Positions 8,598 through 16,733 of a stretch of DNA of 32,000 nt are shown here, piece by piece. Position 1 is the first letter of the stretch, and every line of letters begins with the position of its first letter. Origin of the DNA: Nostoc punctiforme PCC 73102 (GTDB lineage: Bacteria > Cyanobacteriota > Cyanobacteriia > Cyanobacteriales > Nostocaceae); NCBI RefSeq assembly GCF_000020025.1, contig NC_010628.1, forward strand, positions 1,650,001 through 1,682,000, written 5' to 3'. The notes under the pieces are model-generated. The model saw only the letters and a program-made list of their open reading frames with translations. It made no database searches and was not told the DNA's origin. Position numbers and translations under genes: made by a program.

Positions 8598-10058
8598 TTA
8601 AGCTAGTCGCAAACCATATTCGTCCTGAAAAAAGTTTACAAGCCAGTCTTTTACTCTGTGGGTAGCGCGGCAATCATCTTCGTTGTAGCTTTGGATAATT
8701 TCTAGTAAGGTGCGATCGCCTGTTTCTAGCCACTGATCGTACCAGTAAATACATTTGGCACCACTTGCTTCTTTTTCCCGCCACTCAAATCCTAACCAAC
8801 GCGCGATCGCTTTGAGGGCATAACTTTCTACAGGTAATGCTACACTTTGGGTTAATTGTTCATACACATCCACAAATCGGTTCAGTACAGGGCGCACTGA
8901 GGCGTAGGGAGTGTTGTAAAGCTTTGCTAGCCGTTTGACTGTATCAAACTCGTAGACACAAAAATGATAAATTGGTGCTTCGGGATATTGCCAAACTAAA
9001 TCCAAAAATTGCTGCCAAACTAATTCTTCGTCTTCTGGTTTATCTGCTAAAAACGAATAAAACTGTTCTGTGTTGGCAAGTCTATCAACGACCAAAACCC
9101 CCAAAAGATAATTTAAATCTAAGTCTGGCTGTGCCTCAATATCAAAGTAAAGCTCTATGGGTGCTGTGAATGTAATATCTTCTATTGGTAGCGGGTAGGG
9201 TAAAACTAGGGGTCGTTTTTCCAATGCAGATTGAGCTTGCACTACTAGCTTGGGTGCTACTTTTGGGTCGAAACCAACTAGATTTTCTAAGGTGCTGGGA
9301 CTGGTATTAGCAAGAGATTCTAGTGTGGTGATAGCTACGTCTTGGAGTTGAGTGTAGCGAAGAGGTGTTACGCCTGGTAATAGTGAGAGATGTTTTTCAG
9401 ATTGAGCAACAGCATAACATTGACTATACCAATGGCAAAAATTGCACTTTTGCCGAGAAATAAACACTTCTGGCGGATTCGGTAACTCTAAAACTTCAAT
9501 AAACTCCTCCAGAATTTGCTGCATTCGTGGAATCCATTTGAACAAATCTACGGCATAATTGCTGTTTTTCGTTCGCAATATCAGCAAAGCTGTTTCTGGT
9601 ACAACTCCCTGCACTGTTGACAACACTTGAGTATGAAATGCAGCGACAACTTGATATTCTTGCTTAGGGCGCTTACCCAATTCAATACTAGCTGGGACAT
9701 ACATCCAATCTCCAAAACGAGACTGTCCTGGCTGTTTGACGAGTAAATTTGGGCGACTCAGCAAGGTATATTCGTCAGAATAATTTGCTAGCAGTACTCC
9801 TTTATAAATATACTCAACGCCACGCTCCATCAATTCTAAAGTTGCCTTCTCTGCTTTTTCCCAGTTTCCATAAGAATAATCTGGTTGGTGGTAAGTCATC
9901 TGTGCCAAAGCACTTAGCTGATGAGCGATTTTGTCCTGTTGCAGCTTCCGCAGCAACTCATTGGGTGCATCGCGCTGACTTTTGTCACCGTGGATATCTA
10001 GAAAAGTTCGGCGTTTACAACGTTGGTATTGGAGTAGGAGTTCAGCATTAATTAGCAT
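8598..10058 (-). CDS. TM0106-type RecB-like nuclease: Cas4-like Fe-S PD-(D/E)XK domain fused to an RNase H-fold (DnaQ-like) domain
   Basis: Four-Cys pattern of Cas4/AddB-type nucleases: Cys14 (QRCKRR) plus C205-x2-C208-x5-C214 (CNFCHWYSQC). The C-terminal half carries YFDIEA ... IYHFCVYEF ... YNEDDCRAT, which is typical of RNase H-like exonuclease folds. Confidence 0.7.
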   Translation of the reverse strand: MLINAELLLQYQRCKRRTFLDIHGDKSQRDAPNELLRKLQQDKIAHQLSALAQMTYHQPDYSYGNWEKAEKATLELMERGVEYIYKGVLLANYSDEYTLLSRPNLLVKQPGQSRFGDWMYVPASIELGKRPKQEYQVVAAFHTQVLSTVQGVVPETALLILRTKNSNYAVDLFKWIPRMQQILEEFIEVLELPNPPEVFISRQKCNFCHWYSQCYAVAQSEKHLSLLPGVTPLRYTQLQDVAITTLESLANTSPSTLENLVGFDPKVAPKLVVQAQSALEKRPLVLPYPLPIEDITFTAPIELYFDIEAQPDLDLNYLLGVLVVDRLANTEQFYSFLADKPEDEELVWQQFLDLVWQYPEAPIYHFCVYEFDTVKRLAKLYNTPYASVRPVLNRFVDVYEQLTQSVALPVESYALKAIARWLGFEWREKEASGAKCIYWYDQWLETGDRTLLEIIQSYNEDDCRATHRVKDWLVNFFQDEYGLRLA

Positions 10059-10123
10059 TCTTTTAAGTTAACAAGAATTAGTATTATGTGGGAGTAACTT
10101 AGACAACTAAAGTTTGCAAGTGG

Positions 10124-10205
10124 CGATACCTTCTCTGCGTTCGTGCAGAGTGTCGTAGACAGACGCTGCGCGTAGCTTACGGTAGGCTACGCCAACGCCT
10201 CTAAA
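10124..10205. repeat. GC-rich double-hairpin module resembling the small dispersed repeats of Nostocales
   Basis: Contains the hairpins CTCTGC-GTTCGT-GCAGAG and GCGTAGC-TTACGGTAG-GCTACGC within an AT-rich spacer. Its reverse complement, TCTACGACACTCTGCACGAACG, matches TCTACGAGATGCTCCGCGAACG near 12160 at 17 of 22 positions. Confidence 0.5.
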
Positions 10206-10316
10206 CCTGATTAGCCGTTTATTCTATACAGTCAACAGCTAAGTGTTTGCGTTTCTTTTGGGTGATAGATAAGGGAGAATAACAAAATCAAGTTTTATCC
10301 ATCATTACAAGGGTAT

Positions 10317-10597
10317 ATGACAGAACAACATAGCCATACCTCATCTGTAAGCGTGTCACACTCTGGAGACGCGGTAAGAATCCTTACTTTATCCATGAAT
10401 TTGAGCATTCAATCTTTGTGATTGGCGATCGTCAATTTCATTGTGGATACTCCCTAATTCTTCTAAAAAAACATATTAGAGAGTTGTATGAACTTCCTCC
10501 ACCTATCCAGTCTGCCTTATTTCAAGAGGTGATGCTGGCAGGACAAGCGATCGTTAACGCTTTAATTAGAGAACTCCTCAAACAGTGCAGAATTTAA
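10317..10597 (+). pseudogene. Probable HIT-family (histidine triad) gene remnant, frameshifted near the 5' end and truncated before the HxHxH motif
   Basis: An ATG at 10317 opens MTEQHSHTSS... and hits a stop after 34 codons. The +2 frame from 10334 reads PYLICKRVTLWRRGKNPYFIHEFEHSIFVIGDRQFHCGYSLILLKKHIRELYELPPPIQSALFQEVMLAGQAIVNA...stop. This resembles the N-terminal two-thirds of cyanobacterial HIT proteins, but there is no histidine triad. The identification is from memory of the family only. Confidence 0.4.
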
Positions 10598-10737
10598 GAA
10601 AAAAAGTCAGAAAGCATTTATCGTTATTGATTACAAGATAAGATTTGGCTGCGATCGCTTAAATTAATCTCATCCCTATTTTTACCATTGCTACTAAGTA
10701 TCAATAGCCTGTAAACAAAAGATATCCCTTAGAAATT

Positions 10738-11931
10738 ATGACTAGTCTTTCTGTCACCCAAACCAAGCTGCATAGCCATCGAGAGCAATTTCCCGCTTTA
10801 GCCAATAAGACTTATTTCAATTATGGGGGACAAGGGCCAATGCCCCAAAGGGCAATGGATGCTATGACCGAAACTCAGGCTTATGTTCAGCAAATAGGGC
10901 CCTTTGGTAATGAGGCGTATCGCTGGATAGCGCCGCAGACTCAAGCCGCTAGAGTTGCGATCGCTTCTGAGTTAAATGCACCAAGCGAAACAATTAGCCT
11001 TACCCAGAATGTCACAGTTGGCTGTAATATCGCTATGTGGGGCATTGACTGGCATTCTGGCGACCACATACTGCTCTCAGACTGCGAACATCCAGGCGTG
11101 ATTGCCACCACACAAGAAATCGCACGGAGATTCGCGGTAGAAGTTACCACCTGTCCTCTGAAGGCGACTTTAAATGAGGGCGACCCTGTAAAAGTTATTG
11201 CCCAGCACTTACGTCCTAATACCCGTCTTGTAATCTTAAGTCATGTTTTCTGGAATACTGGTCAAGTTTTACCCCTTAAGAAAATTGCCGAAGTATGCAG
11301 AAATAATCATTCTTTCCTGTTGATAGATGCTGCCCAATCTGCTGGTTTATTACCTTTAAACTTGACAGAATTGGGTGTAGATTTTTATGCTTTCACTGGT
11401 CACAAATGGCTATGTGGCCCTGCGGGTGCTGGTGGTTTGTATGTTCGCCCAGAAGCACGAGAAAGCCTGAAGCCTACCTTTATTGGCTTGAATGGCATTG
11501 TTGTAGATAGTCAATCTCAGCCTGTGGACTGGCTTCCCGATGGGCGACGGTATGAAGTGTCTACATTAGCTTATCCGTTGTATGTTGGGTTAAAGGAAGC
11601 GATCGCAATTCATCAGCAATGGGGAACTTCACAGGAACGTTACGAGCAAATTTACCAAAACAGTGGGTATCTTTGGCAGCGCTTAGTGGCGTTACCCGAT
11701 GTTAAATGTTTGCGAACATCCCCACCTGAAAGCGGTATAGTCTCATTCCAACTTGCAAATAATCAGCCCCAAGCTCATCTCAAGTTAGTACAATTTCTAG
11801 ACTCACAAAACATATTAACTCGGACAATTGCCGATCCTAGTTGTATACGTGCCACCATCCATTACCTGACTTTAGAATCAGAAATCGACCAATTAGTTGA
11901 GGCTATTCAAAGTTTTTGCAAAATTAGTTAA
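10738..11931 (+). CDS. Class V aminotransferase / cysteine-desulfurase-like PLP enzyme (397 aa)
   Basis: N-terminal FPAL...YFNYGGQGP, the LLIDAAQSAG motif, and the PLP-lysine context FTGHKWLCGPAGAGGLYV are typical of the SufS/CsdA/IscS-like fold-type I class V enzymes. Confidence 0.8.
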   Translation: MTSLSVTQTKLHSHREQFPALANKTYFNYGGQGPMPQRAMDAMTETQAYVQQIGPFGNEAYRWIAPQTQAARVAIASELNAPSETISLTQNVTVGCNIAMWGIDWHSGDHILLSDCEHPGVIATTQEIARRFAVEVTTCPLKATLNEGDPVKVIAQHLRPNTRLVILSHVFWNTGQVLPLKKIAEVCRNNHSFLLIDAAQSAGLLPLNLTELGVDFYAFTGHKWLCGPAGAGGLYVRPEARESLKPTFIGLNGIVVDSQSQPVDWLPDGRRYEVSTLAYPLYVGLKEAIAIHQQWGTSQERYEQIYQNSGYLWQRLVALPDVKCLRTSPPESGIVSFQLANNQPQAHLKLVQFLDSQNILTRTIADPSCIRATIHYLTLESEIDQLVEAIQSFCKIS

Positions 11932-11933
11932 AA

Positions 11934-12088
11934 ATTAGGAGTTATGAGTTTAGGACTTACGCAAAATATCTCTCCAACTCTTATTTCTCCGTGTCCTCTG
12001 CGCCTCTGTGGTTAGTTATTCCGTAACTCTTGCCTAAGTCCTAGAGTTATCAGTCTAGTAATTACGATTTTAAGTTCTAACTCCTAAT
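11934..12088. repeat. MITE-like element of about 155 bp with nested imperfect inverted repeats
   Basis: Outer pair: ATTAGGAGTTATGAGTT (11934-11950) against the reverse complement of 12072-12088, ATTAGGAGTTAGAACTT, matching at 14 of 17. Inner pair: AGGACTTACGCAA (11952-11964) against TTGCCTAAGTCCT (12030-12042), where 12 of 13 positions are complementary. The element starts 3 nt after the aminotransferase stop and has no coding capacity. Confidence 0.55.
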
Positions 12089-12117
12089 ACCAATTCTTTG
12101 TGAGGCTACACCAAATT

Positions 12118-12212
12118 TCCTTTCTTCCTTTGTGTCCTACCCTGCGGGAAGCCATTTCTCTACGAGATGCTCCGCGAACGTGTCTATGCGTCCTTTGCGG
12201 TTCGTTGCTCAT
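12118..12212. repeat. GC-rich small-dispersed-repeat-like module
   Basis: CCTTTGCGGTTCGTT (12193-12207) matches CCTCTGTGGTTAGTT (12002-12016, inside the MITE-like element) at 12 of 15. TCTACGAGATGCTCCGCGAACG is related to the module at 10.1 kb in the opposite orientation. Confidence 0.45.
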
Positions 12213-12268
12213 ATAATTTGACGCAGCTTCATACAGAATTCGTATAACTTCTACCTCCTACCTTTTAA

Positions 12269-13351
12269 ATGGAACGCCCAATCTTATACTTAGCCATCAC
12301 TAACCACGGCTTTGGACATGCTACACGCATGGCTTCCGTCGCTGCAACAATTCAAAAATTATGTCCAGAAATTTTGCTAATTATTGTTACTACTGCCCCG
12401 CGCTGGTTGCTAGAGTGCTATATAGAAGGCGATTTCATCTATCGTCCCCGTGCATTTGATTTGGGTGTGGTGCAAACCGATAGTTTGACAATGGATAAAG
12501 TAGGGACTTTAGAAAAATTGCTGGATATTAAGAAACATCAAAATTCGCTGATTGCCTCAGAAGTGAATTTTATCCGCCAAAATCGCGTTCATCTCATTTT
12601 GGCAGATATTCCCTTCCTGACTCCTGGGTTTGCCAAAGGTGCAAATATCCCTTGCTGGATGATGAGTAACTTTGGCTGGGACTTTATCTACCGAGATTGG
12701 GGAGGGGAATTTACAGCAGTTGCAGATTGGATTAGTGATTGGTACTCAAAGTGCGATCGCTTATTTCGTCTTCCCTTCCACGAACCGATGCAGGCTTTTC
12801 ACAATATTACAGATGTCGGCCTAACAGGTGGTTCCCCCCGTTACTCTACTGATGATTTACGTTCTCTTTGGGGAATAACTGCACCTGTTGAAAAAACCAT
12901 TTTATTAACCTTTGGCGGCTTGGGTTTGCAGCAAATTCCCTACAATAACCTGCGGCGATTCCCAGATTGGCAATTTATCGTCTTCGATCGATCTGCACCT
13001 GATTTACCTAATTTAGTGAAAATTAATGACCGTAAATACCGCCCAGTAGATTTTATGCCTATTTGTAGGCGAGTCGTCTCTAAACCTGGCTACAGTACTT
13101 TTGCTGAAGCTACACTCTTGGGAGTACCTATTGTTACTATTCCCCGTGAGGACTTTGCCGAAGCAACTTTTCTACTAGAAGGTATAACAAATTATAACCA
13201 GCATCAAATCATCACCCCATCTGAGTTTTTTCAAGGGACTTGGGATTTTCTGTATCAGTTACCCGAACTACCAAAGCGATCCCAGCTAATTGCTAAGGAT
13301 GGTAATGAAGCGATCGCTCATGCTATTATCACCTATTTTCGCAGTCATTAA
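12269..13351 (+). CDS. GT-B fold glycosyltransferase (GT1/GT28-like), 360 aa, acceptor unknown
   Basis: N-terminal ITNHGFGHATR (the G-x-G-H loop of GT1/GT28 N-domains) and C-terminal VVSKPGYSTFAEATLLGVPIV (the nucleotide-sugar-binding helix pattern). Confidence 0.55.
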   Translation: MERPILYLAITNHGFGHATRMASVAATIQKLCPEILLIIVTTAPRWLLECYIEGDFIYRPRAFDLGVVQTDSLTMDKVGTLEKLLDIKKHQNSLIASEVNFIRQNRVHLILADIPFLTPGFAKGANIPCWMMSNFGWDFIYRDWGGEFTAVADWISDWYSKCDRLFRLPFHEPMQAFHNITDVGLTGGSPRYSTDDLRSLWGITAPVEKTILLTFGGLGLQQIPYNNLRRFPDWQFIVFDRSAPDLPNLVKINDRKYRPVDFMPICRRVVSKPGYSTFAEATLLGVPIVTIPREDFAEATFLLEGITNYNQHQIITPSEFFQGTWDFLYQLPELPKRSQLIAKDGNEAIAHAIITYFRSH

Positions 13352-14100
13352 ACTTTACTTAACTTATAGTGGCGAACAGACTGCTACCTAAGATTGCTCA
13401 TAAATATCTTAAAAAACACAGGTCAAGAAAGAGACAGTGGGGGACAGGGCAAGGTAGACAGTGCGTTGCGGTGAATTTGCTATAGGAGCGTTTTCCACTA
13501 TAGGTAACTAATATTAGCACAGCGTTTTTGCTAGCAGGTAGGAGGTTCCCTCCGTTGTAGCAACTGCCTTCACGGGTAACTTCTTCTCCATACCCTATAC
13601 CTGAAAACTCTTCTTACAAGGGGATGAAGTTTTTCATAGGCTAAGTTTATCATTTATCAAACGCAATCAACTTTTGTAAATTTCCAAAAAATTGAACAAA
13701 TTGATCGGTGGCAATATTCGTTGTTTGTTTGACAAAGTTAGCACAACCGTAATCATTATCCCACAATGGGAATGGACGAAATGGCAGGTTGTCGCAGACT
13801 TATTTTAATTATGCTGAAGAGTGATAATATATCTTTTGTTGTCAGTTAGTTATTATATTAATTTGTCTCAATGAGCAGTGTGCCAAAGCACATTTTTACT
13901 GTGATCGAGGACACATACTTACAAATTACTACAACCATATTATCTTCCCTGTAGGGATAAATGCCGGACTAAGATTTGATGAGTAAAAAGTTTGGAAAAT
14001 AAAAGCTTGGCTGGACTAATATCTAAGTCTCAGTATGCTTTCAAAATTTAAGTCACATTCCTATATGAGAGGTAAATATTAGAAACTCACAATAGTCTAA

Positions 14101-14160
14101 TAATCACAACTTGATATCAGTTTAACAACTTGATATTCAGTTTAACAACTTGACATCATC
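14101..14160. repeat. Three tandem 20-bp units (core ACAACTTGATAT), two near-identical and one degenerate
   Basis: The units are taatCACAACTTGATATCAG, tttAACAACTTGATATTCAG and tttAACAACTTGACATCATC. Unit 1 contains the 8-bp palindrome TGATATCA. The repeat lies about 520 bp upstream of the first cluster gene. Confidence 0.75.
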
Positions 14161-14674
14161 AATATAGAGAACTTACTTTCACTAGCTCGGAAAGAAAAGT
14201 TAGAGTGATGAATAAGTTCAATATTATCCTCTAATTTAGCAAGAAAGGCCGCTATGCAAAGAACAGGAGGCTCAGTTATGAGACAGCCCTCAGCATAGTT
14301 GCTACGGCCAATTATGAGCAAAAGTTTAAGCCCCACTCCAAATCAGAGATTTGGGGAACCAGCACTGCAAGAAACGTTCCTTCTGTGGGCGCGATATCAT
14401 GTCTAGTTTAATACTTGTCATGGAAAACGAAGTCAAGCAATCTCTAATGTAATTGCTGCCTTCTGGAGTTATTTGCTCTACTTAAGGTCTCCCCAAGTAG
14501 AACAACTGTCGTCCTGTTATTATTCACACCAGGTAAATATTTACTAGGTGGTATTTCATTTTGTGTTTCACCTTTTTATAAACGGCAACTTCCTTAATGC
14601 ACATTAAATAAAACTAGCAAATTCTATTAACTAAAGATCCATAAAAACTTGAAAATTGAAACACTTTTACTCAG

Positions 14675-16699
14675 ATGAACTTATTTATTTTTCCTTTGCA
14701 CTCGTTAGCACAAAAGCTTGGCAACACACTCCTGATCCAATTACTAAATCTGAGAAATAGGCATTTTTTCTTTTGCGATCTTATTTTATTTTCAATCACA
14801 CCTTTATTAGCTCTGACTCTACGTTTGGATGACGCTCTCACCCTCAATACATACATATTAGAGTTAGTAATTGCAACAATACTGTTTTCAGTAGTCAAAT
14901 TAACTTTATTGTGTAGTTTTAGTTTTTATAGCCGTTACTGGCGCTACGCCAGTATTGAGGATCTTATACATATAACAATGCTGTTCTTGTTTGCGGTCAT
15001 CATTCAAGAGTTTTTATTTTATGTGTTACATACCATACTTCATTTCTCTATAGAAAAACTGCCAAAATCGTTACCATTGATTGATGGTTTGCTTTCCTTG
15101 GCTTTGATTGGTGGGCTGCGTTTCAGCGTTAGGGCAGTGGAAATAACTAGCCATAAACAAACAGTCTTGAATTCACAGGAGCGGGTATTAATAGTTGGTG
15201 CTGGTAGCGCAGGCGTTTCGTTAGTACAAGAAATGCAGATAAATCCGCAGTTAGGTTTTTATCCTGTAGCCTTCATTGACGATGATCCACAAAAATTAAA
15301 TGTAAACATTCGTGGTATTCCTGTACTAGGCGATCGCAACTATATAACTGACGTAGTGAAATATCAGCAAATCCACAAAGTCATAATTGCAATGCCAAGT
15401 GTTGCAGGACAAGTAATTCGGGAAATTGTTGATATTTGCAAAGCAAATGGAATTCAGACTAGCACTCTCCCAGGAATACACGAAATCCTGAATGGCCCCG
15501 TGCGAATAGACAGCATTCGCGATGTACGTATCGAAGACTTGCTCAGACGCGAACCTGTACAGACGGATATTGAAGTAGTTGCCCAATTTATTGAAGGTAA
15601 GAAAGTATTAATTACAGGTGCAGGTGGATCGATTGGTAGCGAACTTTGCCGTCAAATTTGCCAGTGCCGCCCAGCAGAAATTATGCTATTGGGACACGGA
15701 GAAAACTCAGTATTTAATATCCAACAAGAGCTAGAAAAAATTGTGGAAGCCATGAAAGAGAATGGCGAAGCACAAAAATATACTCCTTACATATCGAGTT
15801 TAATTGCTGATATTCGTTTCGAGGAACGACTAAATCATGTTTTTGAGCAATTCCAGCCTCATGTAATTTTTCATGCTGCTGCCCACAAGCACGTCCCCTT
15901 GATGGAATTAAATTCCCCAGAAGCCATTACCAACAATGTGATTGGGACAAAAAATTTGTTGGAAATGGCTCTGCGATATGATGTTCTACATTTTGTGATG
16001 ATTTCCACAGATAAAGCAGTTAATCCTACCAATGTGATGGGAGCCAGCAAGAGAGTTGCAGAAATGTTAGTGTTACAAGCTGCAAGACAAAGTGGTAAGC
16101 CTTATGTTGCCGTGCGTTTTGGCAATGTTTTAGGAAGCCGAGGTAGCGTAGTTCCCACCTTCAAAAAACAAATTGCAGCAGGTGGCCCAGTCAGAGTTAC
16201 CCATCCTGATATCTGCCGTTATTTCATGACCATTCCAGAGGCAGTGCAACTTGTTTTACAAGCCGCAGTACTTGGTCGTAGTGGTGAAGTTTTAATGATG
16301 AATATGGGTAAGCCTGTAAAAATAGTTGACTTAGCTAAGGAACTCATTCGTCTTTCAGGATATGAAGTTAACAAAGACATTGAGATTATATTTACAGGCT
16401 TGCGACCAGGGGAAAAATTATTTGAAGAATTATTTATTGAAGGAGAAGAATATGAACGTACTCAACATGAAAAACTATTAATAGTAAAAAATTCTAGTCG
16501 TACTGTGCCAAAAAATCTGGATTTCGTTGTAGAGTCTTTGCATCGAGCAGCATATAAGAACGATACAAATTCAATTATATTTTTGCTTGAGCAGCTAATA
16601 CCCGAATATAAACCTAAAAATTTAACTAGTGAAATCAATAACTTAGAGAGTAATAAAAATCTATCTAATTATCTCTCGAAAAAATTGTCATTGAAATAG
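14675..16699 (+). CDS. Membrane-anchored polysaccharide biosynthesis protein of the CapD/WbpM/PglF type (nucleotide-sugar 4,6-dehydratase), 674 aa
   Basis: The N-terminal region of about 150 aa is hydrophobic (multiple TM segments, LRNRHFFFCDL). A first Rossmann motif VLIVGAGSAG is followed by the SDR domain VLITGAGGSIGSEL, HAAAHKHVPLME and ISTDKAVNPTNVMGASKR. Confidence 0.9.
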   Translation: MNLFIFPLHSLAQKLGNTLLIQLLNLRNRHFFFCDLILFSITPLLALTLRLDDALTLNTYILELVIATILFSVVKLTLLCSFSFYSRYWRYASIEDLIHITMLFLFAVIIQEFLFYVLHTILHFSIEKLPKSLPLIDGLLSLALIGGLRFSVRAVEITSHKQTVLNSQERVLIVGAGSAGVSLVQEMQINPQLGFYPVAFIDDDPQKLNVNIRGIPVLGDRNYITDVVKYQQIHKVIIAMPSVAGQVIREIVDICKANGIQTSTLPGIHEILNGPVRIDSIRDVRIEDLLRREPVQTDIEVVAQFIEGKKVLITGAGGSIGSELCRQICQCRPAEIMLLGHGENSVFNIQQELEKIVEAMKENGEAQKYTPYISSLIADIRFEERLNHVFEQFQPHVIFHAAAHKHVPLMELNSPEAITNNVIGTKNLLEMALRYDVLHFVMISTDKAVNPTNVMGASKRVAEMLVLQAARQSGKPYVAVRFGNVLGSRGSVVPTFKKQIAAGGPVRVTHPDICRYFMTIPEAVQLVLQAAVLGRSGEVLMMNMGKPVKIVDLAKELIRLSGYEVNKDIEIIFTGLRPGEKLFEELFIEGEEYERTQHEKLLIVKNSSRTVPKNLDFVVESLHRAAYKNDTNSIIFLLEQLIPEYKPKNLTSEINNLESNKNLSNYLSKKLSLK

Positions 16700-16733
16700 G
16701 TTTATTAACCCAAGTAATTGTTGGATTTATGAT

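Noticed and set aside
8491-8673. A 60-aa minus-strand ORF overlapping the 3' end of the RecB-like gene.
   Set aside because: It is an off-frame overlap with a well-supported gene and runs into the intergenic hairpin region.
13650-13799. A start-less 49-codon minus-strand frame (…PFPLWDNDYGCANFVKQTTNIATDQFVQFFGNLQKLIAFDK-stop) that reads like the C-terminus of a real protein.
   Set aside because: It has no start codon, is bounded upstream by a stop, and I cannot assign a family. It is possibly a relic of a deleted gene, but it is not supportable as a feature without a blastx search.
14101-14160. The tandem 20-bp repeats considered as a mini CRISPR array.
   Set aside because: The units are directly adjacent with no spacers and are too short. 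No cas genes or leader-like context are present.
14142-14336. A 64-aa minus-strand ORF in the long leader.
   Set aside because: It has a non-ATG start, no recognisable motif and no RBS-like sequence. Its 3' end runs into the 20-bp tandem repeats. It is treated as non-coding, though a gene remnant cannot be excluded.
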